64,000 nucleotides of DNA, from contig JAQGDQ010000116.1 of the NCBI GenBank assembly GCA_030141605.1, forward strand, positions 248,001-312,000, written 5' to 3'. This document shows positions 51,401 to 64,000 of this stretch, in pieces; the stretch's first letter is position 1; each line of letters begins with the position of its first letter. The translations under genes and the position numbers were made by a program. Source of the stretch: Tubiluchus corallicola (Eukaryota > Animalia > Priapulida). The notes below the pieces were generated by a model, which did not search any database, was not told the DNA's origin, and saw only the letters and a program-made list of their open reading frames with translations.

Positions 51401-54400
51401 AGGAACAAGAAATCATGAATATAAAGAATGCACCAGACTACTATATTGAACGTGTACAAGCCCTGACACTGGTAACTTCTTTAGTGCATTAAACTTAATT
51501 AATATGCTATCTATGATTTTTGAGTCATCTGTGTATAGAACAACTATTTCATTAATTATTTTATAGACACGTATTTGATTACCTAATTGTTTTGTTAATA
51601 TCAAAGATGAAAAACCAATGAAAAAGTATAACCATTTACAAAACTGGTGCAAAAAGATTTTTAAAGTTGATCTGAGATGAATTTCTCTAAGAAATTTCAG
51701 CCCTAATGAAGTGAGTAAGAGGTAAGTAATCTTGTCATGTTCCCACCATTAACTAATCCCGTCGTAAACGAATATGAATCTTAAATGCAAAATCCTTATT
51801 AAGAGTGCCAGATAACTAGTATGGGAAAAATAAATGTGAAAATTCACTCTTTTCTAGTAATTAAATGACACTGCTGTAGTCTGCTGCTGGTTTTGAAATT
51901 TTGGAACTTCTGTTCATCAAAGTAAACCAAATAGATAAAAGAGTTTTAGCTACATTCTTGCTCATCGGTGCTGTAAAATGCAGCATAGCTTGAAACACCA
52001 ATTGCATCATCTTCGTCTTGGATGTTTAGATAAGAAAGGAGACTGCAGGATAAAAAGAGAATGACACTTCTATGTGAAACAAAATGTAAACCGTGTACCT
52101 TGATTAGTTGCTGTTAAGTCATAAGAAATATGTAGTACTGTAAGCTTGTAGTTTACAGGACATTCGGTTTTCTGTACTAATAACTCTACTTACTTCTTTT
52201 AAGCTGCTTTATCCAAGAGATGAGGAAGAGTTAAAAGTAAGAGCTGATCTTATGGACAGTCTAAAGACTGCTTTGAGGACACAGCCCATGAGTTTTGTAA
52301 ACAGGTATAATATATATTAAATAATTGACTCACATAGTACTTTTACGTGAAACAAAAACGGCGTTAGATAATTCTGTGATCTTTATGTATCTTATTGTAT
52401 GACCTAAACTGCTAGACTTAATTCTGACTTTTAAGATTAACAAAGATACAGCAAGCTAATCATAATCTTTATTTTGATTCAGAATTTTTGTTTTAGGTTT
52501 CTGCAATTAGATGGTTTGGGGTGCTTGCTGAATTTCCTACAGAACATGGATTATGAAACCAGTCAAAGCAACATTCACACTAGCATCATTGGGTGCTTAA
52601 AGGCTATCATGAACAGTTCAGTAAGTATTAGTATGGTAACACAACTGCAGGTATACAGCAGCCTTTAAACTTGCACAAATACATTTCAATTCTAAACTAT
52701 TTACAACGATAAGGCATATAGAAGCAAAACATCAGTGATGCTTTAGATCCCTTGATTTTCATGTTTGCCATCTTGAAGATCTTGACATCTGACACAAGAC
52801 CATTCTTTTTGGTCAGTCCTGATTCACAAATTCTCATTGGCAATAAAGGCGTTACTATCCCAGGGGTGCCTCCTGGTCAAACAAGATCAAACAATTTCAA
52901 CAACCAAACTTCATTCAGTAAATGCTGACATTCTTGGCCACATTTAGCAATCGTTAAGATTCCCATGTTTGACCTTTGAACCCAAGGCCATTGTAAGCTA
53001 CCCAAAGTTATTACCCATCGTCTAGCATCTACACCTGACATTTTGCACCTGCCTTTATGACACTATAACTGCAAATATTCAAATCATGGATCTGCCCTCA
53101 CTCCCTCCCTGAGGAGGGCGTAAAATATTTTTTTAAATAGTAATTGTAAGCAGATGATACAGATCACTAGTAACTCCTCACGGTGAAATGAACTCATATC
53201 ATTTTTAGCCACTTTGGGCAATACTAGGGATGCCAACCTCCAACTCACATCACTGTCACCCCATCGTTCAAAACTATCACCCATCACCTAACACTTTGCA
53301 GTACAAAACCTGGCTTTAAAATACGTACTGTAATTCCTACTATTAATATTCTGGATGCATGCTACCCCTCTACCTTCCGAGGGAGGGAGCAAAATAGTTT
53401 TGTCTATGTTGAGTTGTCAGTAAGTGACAGGACACTCTTATTATTCGCATTGAGCTGACTCGGATCCTACCATAGCTGTGCAGCTACCGATGTTTCTACT
53501 TGTTTGTCCAAGTTATCTTTGATTTTGACCATCATCTTATCACAAAGTTACCCATAACAAAGATCTTAAAGCTAAGCCTAGTGGTTCAGGTATAACTAGC
53601 TTAAACTCAAATTCCAGAAAGATGACAGTCAACAGTTGTTGCATGATGATATATACTCAGTTAGACCCCAAAAACCCAAAAATGCTTTTTCTGTGTTGAG
53701 GATTTTAAGCTATTTCAAGCCCAAAAAGTATTATATAAAATGAAATATTAGCTAAAGAAAATATCTCTCCATTCTTAAGTTTCCTTAATTCCATGTTTAA
53801 TTGGTGAATGGTAAAATCTATACTGTTTCAATAGCAGCATTATTATTCATAATAGTTTATGCATTTTGTAGGTCTTGTTAAACGTTTGCCTGTGTCTTCT
53901 GCTTTGCCTCAATAGTTTAATTGAGACATATGCAAACAGCAGCCAAATTACAATGATTGTGACCAATCAGGCATATTAAAAATTTCAAAATGACTTACTG
54001 AAGTACATGTACGAGCATTGAACCATATAGGATATTATGAACCACAAATGCAAAATGTACTTTTAAATATAGAATGAAATAGTCTCTATCCTTGGGTTTA
54101 AGTGTCATTTTCCATAAAAAATGTTACTTATTTTTGCAGCAAGGGCGCTCACATGTTTTGAATCACGTGAACTGTATCAACATCATAGTGCAGAGTTTAA
54201 GTACTGAAAACATCAAAACTAAAACATCGACACTAGAGATACTGGGAGGCATGTGTCTTGTTCCTGGAGGACACAAGAAAGTGCTAGATGCCATGTACCA
54301 TTATCAGCAGTATGCATGTGAGAGAACTCGATTTCAGGTTTGTACTTAACTGTATACAGCATAGTAAATAATATAAAATGAAGTAATTAATCAAATGCAG

Positions 54401-57400
54401 TAGCCTTTTTTAATGTCTGGTGAAAGAAATGTCACAGAAAACTACATGATGATTACTGAAAAGTTTTACACTAGCCTCTGGTCTCTAGTTCCTCTACCAT
54501 CAAGCTGAACTCCCAGCCACATGTGACATAAAATAAAGGTTTGACAAAATTTAAAAGAAAATTTAAAACAAATAAAATTTAGTCAGTTTTACATCTTGTT
54601 TCACCACTCGTATATTGGCGTATAACCTTTGCTTGCTTGAAAACTCACAATTAAATTTCAAACCACAATTGTTTTATCTCACAAAACAAGTCTGGGCCTT
54701 GAGCAAAACTCTAATTGAACCTAGAGTTTTCTAAATTATCTTCCAAATAATTTTTCAGCGCTGTTTTTGTAATTGTTCAATTTTATTCTTGTAGAGATTG
54801 GTTTATGAATTAGGAAGAACTACTGGTACTTACAAAGATGAAACTGCACTTAAAACAGCAATTATGTCTTTTATAAATGCTGCTATCAATTACGGAGCTG
54901 GTCAGGTGAGTTATTAATGGTTTAAAATAGTACTTTCTTAAAATTATTAATAAATACAGTCTAACCTCATTATCTCGCCACTGTCCGTCTAGGGCAAATT
55001 TTTGGCGAGAGGCGAGTATGGCGAGATAACTGGAATATAACGAAGTTAGTCTATATGTATATACATACTGTACATAATAGTTGATTAACATAGTGTTCCT
55101 CTATGTACATATAAAATATATTTCGCATTATGATACCAATCAACATTAAATCAGAAATTAAAAAATGTCATAAAAATAATCTTAGAATGTTACTTTTTTA
55201 TTTAAAAAACCTTTTTCGAGTATACACTTAAATGCAATAAACTTAGCAAAAGATTTAGAAATGTTCACAAATGAGTTACTGACGACTGAAATAATTCAGA
55301 AGAGACGACTGTTTCATTGATGATACACGCAAGCAGTTGTCAACACGACGTTTAATCAAACACAATCCTTGAATATCGTAAATGTGACTCTGTCAGACTG
55401 TTCAAAGTATCGCATCAGTGTGTCGACAGCTGCTGCTGCCTGGTCATTCGATAATACATGAGATGCGCCATCGTCTTCATCGCACTAAATACAGTAGCAA
55501 TTTCCTGCTGTGTCTTTGAAGAATTATTCGTATGATAAATACAAATTTCCTTTTTTTGTTCAGGATTAAGACAAAACAGTTTTTGCTTCAGAGACATCAT
55601 GTAAAGTTGCTCACACTTTGTGGAAACTCAAACTTAAACGCAGCTTTGGCGCTTTAGTTTCTCTGCGCATTAACCAAGTACAGTACAGCAGCATTGTCTA
55701 CAAGCAGCATTGTCTACATACCGCGGTTATATTGATCGACACGCGGTATATGTACAGTATTGATCGATTCACCTCTGAGTTTATCTGTTTGGCGACATAA
55801 CGAATATAGTTTACATAAGCACTCATCCTAGCATGACGTGGCGAGGGCGAGAAGCGAGGGTGGCGACTTAACGAGGTAAATATCAAAGCAGGAAATCCGT
55901 CCTGGTACTTTCTATGGCGAGAGACGAGTTTGGCGGCATAACGAGGGCGAGATAACGAGGTTAGACTGTATATAAATGAAGTGAAATTTCTTTACATAAT
56001 GTCCAAAGGAAACAAGACGAATTTGACGAAAAAGGGCATTATAAATTAAAAAGAAAATTAACAGCTATGTCTTTATTTGGTTTTCTAGGACCAATTTGAA
56101 TTCCGGTTACATTTAAGATATGAATTTCTAATGCTAGGCATTCAGCCAGTACTAGAAAAGCTGAGGAAGTTGGAAAATGCAACGCTAGACAGGTATTTAG
56201 TGATAACATTCAATCTTGAGTTTGTTGGGTTTTTCTTAAAGAGGACTCCTAGTTTGGCTTTGAAGCTTAATTAGTGCAATTTCTTGAACTTTGCAATCCA
56301 ATAAAATCTTTATAAGTACAGTTAATTATTGCGTAACCTGCATAAATTTAAGTAATTAAATAGATCAGAGAATTTATGATATCGAGTGAAATGGGCAACT
56401 GTGCAAAGATGATGAAAAATTGGATGTAACTGCAAACAATCATGCAATTTCTGAATAATGACTCAATTACAGATCAGAAAAAGGAGATTTTGTTGTTGAG
56501 TCTCCCAGCAAAAACTAAGTATAAATTAGTACAAGTCAGTGTTATAATCGTCAAACTTACCTATATTAGTGGAAATATTTATTGTATACTAATAACAAAC
56601 ATCCTGTATTACTATTTTCAGACACATTGACTTTTTCGAAATGGTTCAAAATGAGGATGAAAGGGAACTGGCTCAGCGGTTTAACGAGACAAAAATCGAT
56701 GCCTTGGACTCTGTGTCTATTTTTGAAGCACTTCGAAAGAAACTCTCTGACACAGCTGCTTATCCACATTTTTTATCTGTGCTTGAACATGCAATGTTAC
56801 TGCCAAGTAAATTTTTTTGTTTGCAATTTGACTAATCAGTTTACAACTTTATGAAATGGTAGAAATATGAGAGCTTAAATTTAATAATAAAGTTATAAGT
56901 AAGAGTAACATTTAAGTATTTCAGGCACCTTTCCTAGTTCTTTGCTATCTTAAAACGAACTGGACAAATTGTGATACATTCGTACAATACGACAATTGCT
57001 ATCACGACAACAATTATTGATTATTGTTATCATGTACTAGCAGTTTTACCTTTACTTTATTTTTTAAGTAATTACCCACGGCAATTTGTTTTGCAGTTGA
57101 TGTGAGTTCATGTTTATACCACTGGCAACTGCTAGACAAGATTACTCAACAGTTAGCCTTACATCAGCACGAAAAAGGCCATATTATTCCAGCAGCAGTT
57201 GATTCCCATGTTAGTAACATCTTTAGAAGGTGAGCTTTTACATCAGCACATATTTAGCTACTTTTTTATTAGTCTATGATGCAAGTAATGAGAAAAAAGA
57301 TGCATCATTAACTGTTATGACAATAAGATATACACTAAATGAAGTTTCAAACATCTTCAATTAATCAAGACAAATTTTTATTAATAGACTTGGTGCAGTT

Positions 57401-60400
57401 AATGTAGCAGAAGGTCTGGAACAACAAGTATTTTTGACAGAAAAAATGAAGATGGCTAGCTTGGAAGATGCCAACAATAAACTTTCTCAACTTCTGGATA
57501 ACAAGGACCGATTGTTAGATGAATACGTTTCTGAAAAGGTTTGTACAAAATCCAGGTGATGTCAAACATATAGTTTACCCTAAAATTGTAAAAATTCCTT
57601 AACAATATAAATTTAGCATTAGTGGTTGTGTTGCAGTAATTTTTATGTACTTTTTGTTGATTAGCTTATGTTTGTGCATTTTTGTATCTGCTTCCTTCTT
57701 TAAACTAATTATTCTAACAGATTTATATTGCCCTGGGTCAGTTTTTGATACAAAAACTTTGTTTACAAAAAAGCATTAAAACATGATGAACTAAAAAGTA
57801 ACACAATAGTTACTTTTCTGATAAAATGGTTACTTTCGTGACAGCCTGTGTTCGAGATTCACAATCCAGTGAAGACTATTTTACTGCTAGCATAGCACCC
57901 CTATGAGGTGTAGCTTATACACTATCTGTTGTCAGTGATTTGATGTGAATGACTTAACCGTAACTAATTTTTAAATGGCTGCACGTTGGTGAATGACCAT
58001 AACAACATTATTACTTTAACTAACTGGCATTCCCAGCAACGTGACAAAGCTGACAGTTTTAGGTTCAATTGGAGAAGGAGCACATTGCACCTTCTTGTTC
58101 TGCAATAGCAGCTTATCTAAATTTTACAGTTTGGAATACCATTTTCTATGAAATGCTAAAATATTATTTTCGAAGTGTTACAAAGCTGTTAGCTATGTAA
58201 ATAGGACGTACTACAGTGTCCATTGCTGGAAATGTCATTATACCTTTACTTACTTAAAGGAAATTATCTGTAAGCTAACCATTCTGTTGGGAGTTCACAC
58301 CTGCCTAGCTATTGGGAACTAACGACTGTGTTGTCTATGTCTGTGCGTGCTTTTATAGGCTCAGCTCTGTGACAAAATTAACTTATTAGAAACAAAGTGC
58401 ACCCAAGAATCCTTGCAACATCTGGAGACTCAGACTCAGTTAGCTCAACTGAGTCTTGCCCTCTCCGAACTTAAGCTTTCGGTAAGTTGTTGGCTGCTGA
58501 TATGTGTCATACGTAATAAAATTAATGTGTAATTTAACTTTTTATTATATTATATTCATATAATATAGTGTTTTTATATGCATATAAGCATTGATGTGAG
58601 CACTAATATTGCTTCTCTTTATTTTGATGTGTTCTTTGTTTATCAATTGTACCAAAGTAACTTTACTAACTGATGTAGTATGCTCGTGATACAATGTTGA
58701 AAATGTGCCTAGGTAAATGCACAAAAAATAATACACAAAAAATTGAGGTTTGATATTTGCAGTTATAGTGTCTATCAGAAGGTTACACGATTACATCATT
58801 TATTAACTGCAAACATGAACACTGAACAAGTCCTGCTTCACATCTGTGTACCCAACACTTCTGTCGAGAGTGAGGCCTGACAGATGTGATGCAAGACACA
58901 AACGTGGATTAGCTGTATGTAGGAATGTCTAATCTACAATCAGTACAAATGAATTTAAACAAAGTCAAATATACTAGAATATAGCTCTAGTGAAATGAGA
59001 AGACAGGTTTTCCTTCTGAAGACTGAATCTCTTGTACTCTTAGGCTCAGGCATGAGTAAGCTAACCTTTATGGCAGCAAGTCCGAATAGGAACGTTCATA
59101 ACAAAGCCTGAGATAACAGCTAGACTTGCAACTGCTAGAAGATTTATGAGAGTACATATTCTTATATACGCTAACATGAATTTTTTTCATTTTCACAAAT
59201 GGAATCCTTGTATTGTTTTTGGCTTTATGCTTATCTTACTTAATTTTTTTAAAACAGGAAAACAAAGATATTTCAAACAGCCAATCTGCGGAAGTTCCAA
59301 CTGCAGTTCCTCCACCTCCTTTGCCTCCCCCACCCCCGGCTGCCCCCTTGCCACCAGTGAAATTGTCACCAGAATCACCAGGTTTGTTTTTTGATTTTAT
59401 TCTATGTGTCAATGTTATAATTCATTTGACAATTCTGATACAGTGTAACAAATTAACTTATTTTAGTACTCATTTTCTTACAGATGCCGTGGATGCACCC
59501 CCAGCACCAGTTCTACCACACAAACAAAAAAATGTGCCAAAACCAAACACACCTATGAAATCATTCAACTGGTCCAAACTACCAGAAGTAAGTGAATTGC
59601 AAAAATTGTTTTTGCAGTTCTATGAGCATTTTGAAAGAATTCTGTTCTGCATTGGAAAGAAAAGAAAAATAATAACAAGTAAATTTGCAAATGATGATGA
59701 TGCAAACAAGTCATATTTTGAAGTTAGGCTGAGCTTGCCTACCTATGATCAATTAATTTTAATCAAAATGTTTATGTAATGCGAGTTGGCAAATTGTGTA
59801 GTAGTCTGAGCATAATCTGTAATGTTCAGGAATGAGAAAACTTATGTCATGAGAGAAATTACGCATAACTTACAAAATAGAGACATTTGAAATCTACTGC
59901 AATGTTTTCAAATTTCAGAGTAAACTAAATGGAACAGTTTGGCTTGGTATTGATGATGAGAAATTATACACTGTGATAGACCTCCAAGAATTTGAAAGTA
60001 ATTTTTCAGCATACCAACGGGTAAGAAAAACATGTAATAACATTCATTAAAAATGTACACCTTGGCATAAATAGCAAAAAAAGTTAAAAAATTCAAAAGT
60101 GCATGTTATTTTCAGATCAAATATTTCTTTTGGTGCTCATATTTTTTGTATGTCATTATTACCGTTTTATTACTATTAGCATTTTGTTCTAGCGAGAAAG
60201 CTTAAGTGATGATATTCGGTCTTCTCTGACAAAAAGGACACGGGAAGTGTCTAGGATTGATGGACGTCGAGCCCAAAACTGCACGATAGTGCTCTCTAAA
60301 CTGAAAATGTCCAATACTGAAATTGCTGCTGCAATAAGAAACATGGATATTGAAGATCAGATTCCAAAAGATTTGCTTGAACAGGTATGTCATGCTTCAA

Positions 60401-63400
60401 TGTTTCAGTTAAGGTAAGTACATCCCGAGTGCATAACAGAAAATCAATATAAAAAATGACTAAATATCAGGTGGACACAAAAAAGTAAAACCTTTAAAAA
60501 ATGCAATAAAAATTTATTTCACTGTGCATTGGAATAAAACTTTTGTCATGCAAAGTAGATGCATATATTATGAATAATACCAAGTTCTAAATAAAAAGTG
60601 AATGTTTTAACACAGAAAGTGAAAACTGTCTAAAGAAATAAAAAATACAGTTTATTCTTTAAGCTTTGTTTCTACTGGCACTAAAAAGAACTGTTTGATA
60701 TGTTTTCCTGACACTCAGTTTTTAGTTTTCTCAGTCAAGGTCTAAATTGATTAATTTCAGTTAATTAATTATTGTTTTATTGACAATACAGTCATATTAA
60801 TAACAATACAGTAAAGACGTACAATCATACTAATATCTAGTTTTTTATTCATTTTTATTGGCTTGGTGACAATATTAAGCATAAAATGTTTATTTTTTGC
60901 ACTTTCTTAGCAAAATTATTGGATAAGTGCTAAAATTTTTACATGTAGTTGACATTGTTAAATATATATATAAACAGGGTAAAAATTATCAGCTCTATGG
61001 CATCTTAGAAAGCACTTACTTTTTTTTGTGTCCACTCTGTATGTTCAAAAGCCTCACTCTTTTCCATTCTGTAATGTAAGCTGACTTTCTAATTTGCTTC
61101 CAGAAATTTTCATTTTCAAACTTTATTTCTTTACTGTCTAATTATGGTTTATAATTGAGCTTTATACACATGATAGTCCAAAAAACAAGTTGACAATCGA
61201 GTCCAAATTGATTTAAGGAAATGGTTTACGTTTTCAACCTATTTCATAACCTGTTTTCCATTTCAGCAACACCATTTACCTGCTCCATTCAATATTGTTG
61301 ATTGTTAAAATTGGAGCCAGTTTTATAGGCAAACTTGACTTTATCAATGTTTTAGATGCTAAAGTTCATACCAACATCAGAAGAAATTGTGATGCTGGCA
61401 GAACATAGTCACGAGGTTGAACAAATGGCACGTGCTGACAGGTTCATGTACGAAATGAGTCAGATAATACACTATGAGGAACGACTGAAGGCACTATGTT
61501 ATAAAAAGAAATTTGCAGAAAGAGTAGCTGACATCAAACCCAAGTTGGAAAGTAAGCATGTGGTGTGAACATACAACGTTTTGCATTAAGCATGAAGCTC
61601 ATATAAACTTCACTTTAAAAAGCAGGGACACAAAAAACCTACTGCACTTTAGACCAATAAAAATCATTATGCAAGAAAATGATTCTCATTTAAAAAATAA
61701 ATGTTAATGATCAAAATGTCAAAATGCCTCTTGTCTTGCATGTAGTCCCTTACAGCTATCAATAGTCCTTTAAATATTTACCCTTGCTGTAGATGTTAAG
61801 CAAGCGTCAAAAGAAATATATCGAAGTAAGCGACTGCGACAATTGCTGGAAATAATCTTAGCATTTGGCAATTATATGAACCGAGGACAGCGGGGAAATG
61901 CACTAGGCTTTAAACTTTCTAGCCTCAACAACATCGTCGATACCAAATCTAGTATTGATAAGAGCTACACATTGCTGCACTATCTAATGGAAGTACTGGA
62001 GCAAAAGGTGAGTTTACCTTAAAGTATGTTTTCAAATACTTCAATAAAATTTAAAAAAAACTTGTATGTTGGTAATTAATGTTATCCTCAAATGGTAGCT
62101 GACTGATCCAAAACACCTGCTCTTTCTTTGCCTCATAATGACCTTTCATGATATTCATTAATGTTGATCTTAGGGTTTCCTTAGGACAAGAACTATGTGA
62201 AGTGATTACTATTTGACCTCTGTAATCATATCCTCAAATAATAGCAAAGGCTTTATCATATTACCTGCACAAGCACACAGGTAAATTCCATTTTAATGAG
62301 GCCTTTAGCAGTCATTAATACTGACTGCTACATTTTCATTCATATTGCTTGGTATCTTTTCAGTTTCCTGATGTTTTACAAGTTGATGTTGAATTAGCTC
62401 ATGTACCCCATGCTGCTAAAGTAAAGTAAGTAGCAAATATTCGCCATTGTCAAGGTAACTGAAATTATTTACGATACAAAAAATTTTTTACAAAAATGTA
62501 ATGCTATTTTCATATGATCAAAATAACTTCTATAATGTTTCTGCGAACTGCTGCAGCTACTATTAAAAATATATGCAGCAATTTGTAACTTGTAAAAATG
62601 ACGTTAATTACTTTTGGATATTTAATTTAGTTTGGTAGAGTTGGAGAAAGAACTTCACAATCTTCGAAAAGGGCTCAAGAACTTGGAAACGGTAAGCATT
62701 TTGGTTAAACATTTCAGTACTTCTTCATAATGTTGTTTCCTTAAGCTATGACCAAAATAATTAAGCAGCAAAGCAAACTCATCACATAATAAACCCATGT
62801 CATTGTTTTACTCACCTTTTGGATTAATATTTTACAGGAAGTACAATTCCATAAATCAAATAATAATGCTGAGGCCGAATTTGTGCAAGTTATGACTGAG
62901 TTCATGAAACGCGCAAGTATTAGCTTAATGGAATTGGAAGAAAGACATAACTCAACCAAGCAATGGGTATCTAACATTTTTATTCCACTTGCTCATTTAA
63001 AACTGTGTAGTTTAACGTATTATTGTATATTTCAAATAAAACTCTATATTCTGCCTATTAGTACTTCTATTTTATGTGACAGTTTGAGCGAGTGTGCAAA
63101 ATGTTTGGAGAAAACGGACAAAAGACTTCGTCAGATGAAATCTTTGGGATATTTGATCAATTTCTATGTTCTGCCAAAGAAGCAAAAGCCGATAATGACA
63201 ACGTGAAGCGGAAAAAGCAGGAAGAAGAAAAGCGGATAAAAATGGAAACTGAGGTATAATTGATAACAAGCTGTGACCAAAAGTAAAGCAAACAACTTCC
63301 AATTAGCATACTTAAGTGTTCTTAAGAAGAATCATTTCAGATTCCTTTTTGGATGTTACGTGGCAACATACATGTGTATGTGTGTCCGATCAGTGCAGAA

Positions 63401-63941
63401 AGTTATCTGTTATGTATCAGGATGGTAGTGCAGGACGGTATTTTTTGGTATTAATTACTCCATAAAGTGGACGTATCAAAACAGCTACTACCATCTGTTA
63501 GTTTTTGTTAGTAATTTGATTACTATTAATATTAACACAGAGCTATCAATTTTTTTACATAAAATACTATATCAGTATTCTACTATGTTAGGAATAAAAT
63601 GCTAATAAATGATAACATTTCTAGCATTGTCAAATTCATGTCTCTTGATGCTAATTTTTCAGCAAAAGAAGAAAACCGAAATTCGAAAAAGACTGCAACA
63701 AAAAGGCTTGGCAGCTCGGCAAGGCGCCTCGACTAAACTGCGAAGAAACGATTTCAGCTCAAACCTTGGCCCAATTGAAGAGGGTGAATTTGACAACCTC
63801 ATTTCAGTTCTTCAAACCGGTGATGTATTTGGAGATGATTTAGCAAAACTGTCAAAAAATCGCAGACGGAGAAGTACAGGGTCTTTATTACAGGCGAACG
63901 GAGCTGCAAATCGAGAACGAAGTGAAACTAACATCAATTAG
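48461..63941 (+). CDS. DAAM: Dishevelled-associated activator of morphogenesis (DAAM-family formin), about 1066 aa
   Basis: 23 in-frame GT-AG exons: 48461-48631, 50293-50388, 51403-51471, 52204-52304, 52497-52620, 54140-54337, 54795-54905, 56089-56192, 56622-56806, 57097-57229, 57388-57538, 58359-58481, 59258-59381, 59484-59587, 59919-60020, 60193-60384, 61356-61551, 61793-62007, 62364-62425, 62631-62691, 62838-62966, 63083-63253, 63663-63941. Domains: N-terminal LLCC; GBD/FH3 ([52 protein letters not shown]); FH1 poly-Pro; FH2 ([36 protein letters not shown]); [19 protein letters not shown] followed by RRRR. Confidence 0.96.
48765..48985. repeat. Degenerate ~15-bp tandem array (GGGCAGTGGACATTT-like), probably a transposon subterminal region
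   Basis: Roughly 12-14 decayed copies, e.g. gggcagtagacattt, gtagtggacattt, gggcaatggacgttt. Confidence 0.6.
49225..49420. repeat. Degenerate pentanucleotide repeat (AGAAT/AAAAC/GGACA)
   Basis: Purine-rich sequence with 5-bp periodicity. Confidence 0.6.
49478..49747 (+). mobile_element. Possible short HINE/Helentron-like element
   Basis: 5' hairpin ATCCGCG-AGCAG-CGCGGAT after a T-rich stretch, a GTT-rich tract, a DINE-like core (ataactcgaaaacg...cctgaaactt) and a 3' CTAGT. Confidence 0.4.
50028..50215 (+). mobile_element. Possible tRNA-derived SINE remnant
   Basis: CTCAGTTAGAGC (A-box-like) and GGGTCGAATCGC (B-box-like, about 50074) at tRNA-like spacing, followed by a GC-rich body. Confidence 0.3.
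54957..55968 (-). mobile_element. Internally deleted pogo/Tigger-like DNA transposon (1012 bp)
   Basis: TA-CAGTCTAACCTCATTATCTCGCC ... GGCGAGATAACGAGGTTAGACTG-TA (terminal inverted repeats plus TA duplication). The minus strand keeps a CENP-B/psq-like N-terminus ([34 protein letters not shown]) and a C-terminus ending [12 protein letters not shown]; no DDE core. Confidence 0.9.
60468..61039. mobile_element. Tc1/mariner-like MITE (about 570 bp)
   Basis: Ends CAGGTGGACACAAAAAAGTAA ... TTACTTTTTTTTGTGTCCACTCTG-TA with an AT-rich interior. Confidence 0.75.
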
Positions 63942-64000
63942 CCATTGCAGACTGTGGAAACTATGTACAATCAAGAAATAAGACACAGTAGATGTGGTAT

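Noticed and set aside
58779-58870. Possible extra DAAM exon ([12 protein letters not shown]...)
   Set aside because: Weak acceptor; the only good donor is out of phase; DAAM already reaches normal length without it.
62967-63082. GTATCT donor suggesting a U12-type intron
   Set aside because: Does not match GTATCCTT and no TCCTTAAC branch site is present.

Overview
AT-rich, intron-rich animal (invertebrate-like) genomic DNA; the species cannot be determined from the sequence. I reconstructed three conserved genes exon by exon by hand: the 3' half of cullin-3 (+, 67-4571), a complete kinesin KIF6 (-, 38401-5568, about 725 aa) and a complete DAAM formin (+, 48461-63941, about 1066 aa). KIF6 and DAAM are head-to-head, as KIF6 and DAAM2 are in human. 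KIF6 has one 24.3-kb intron (11847-36171) while its other introns are about 1.3 kb or less. That intron holds the most interesting unexplained material: a + strand ORF whose donor is phase-compatible with the first DAAM coding exon, minus-strand exon-like segments in phase with KIF6, and a 60-68 bp tandem array that translates like a leucine-rich repeat. Other features are an RFX X-box at the KIF6 5' end, a GC-AG intron, several non-autonomous DNA transposons (Helentron/HINE, pogo/Tigger, hAT, Harbinger-like, Tc1/mariner-like), possible tRNA-derived SINE remnants and microsatellites. No prokaryotic systems or CRISPR arrays were seen. The novelty claims are hypotheses that need RNA-seq or comparative data.
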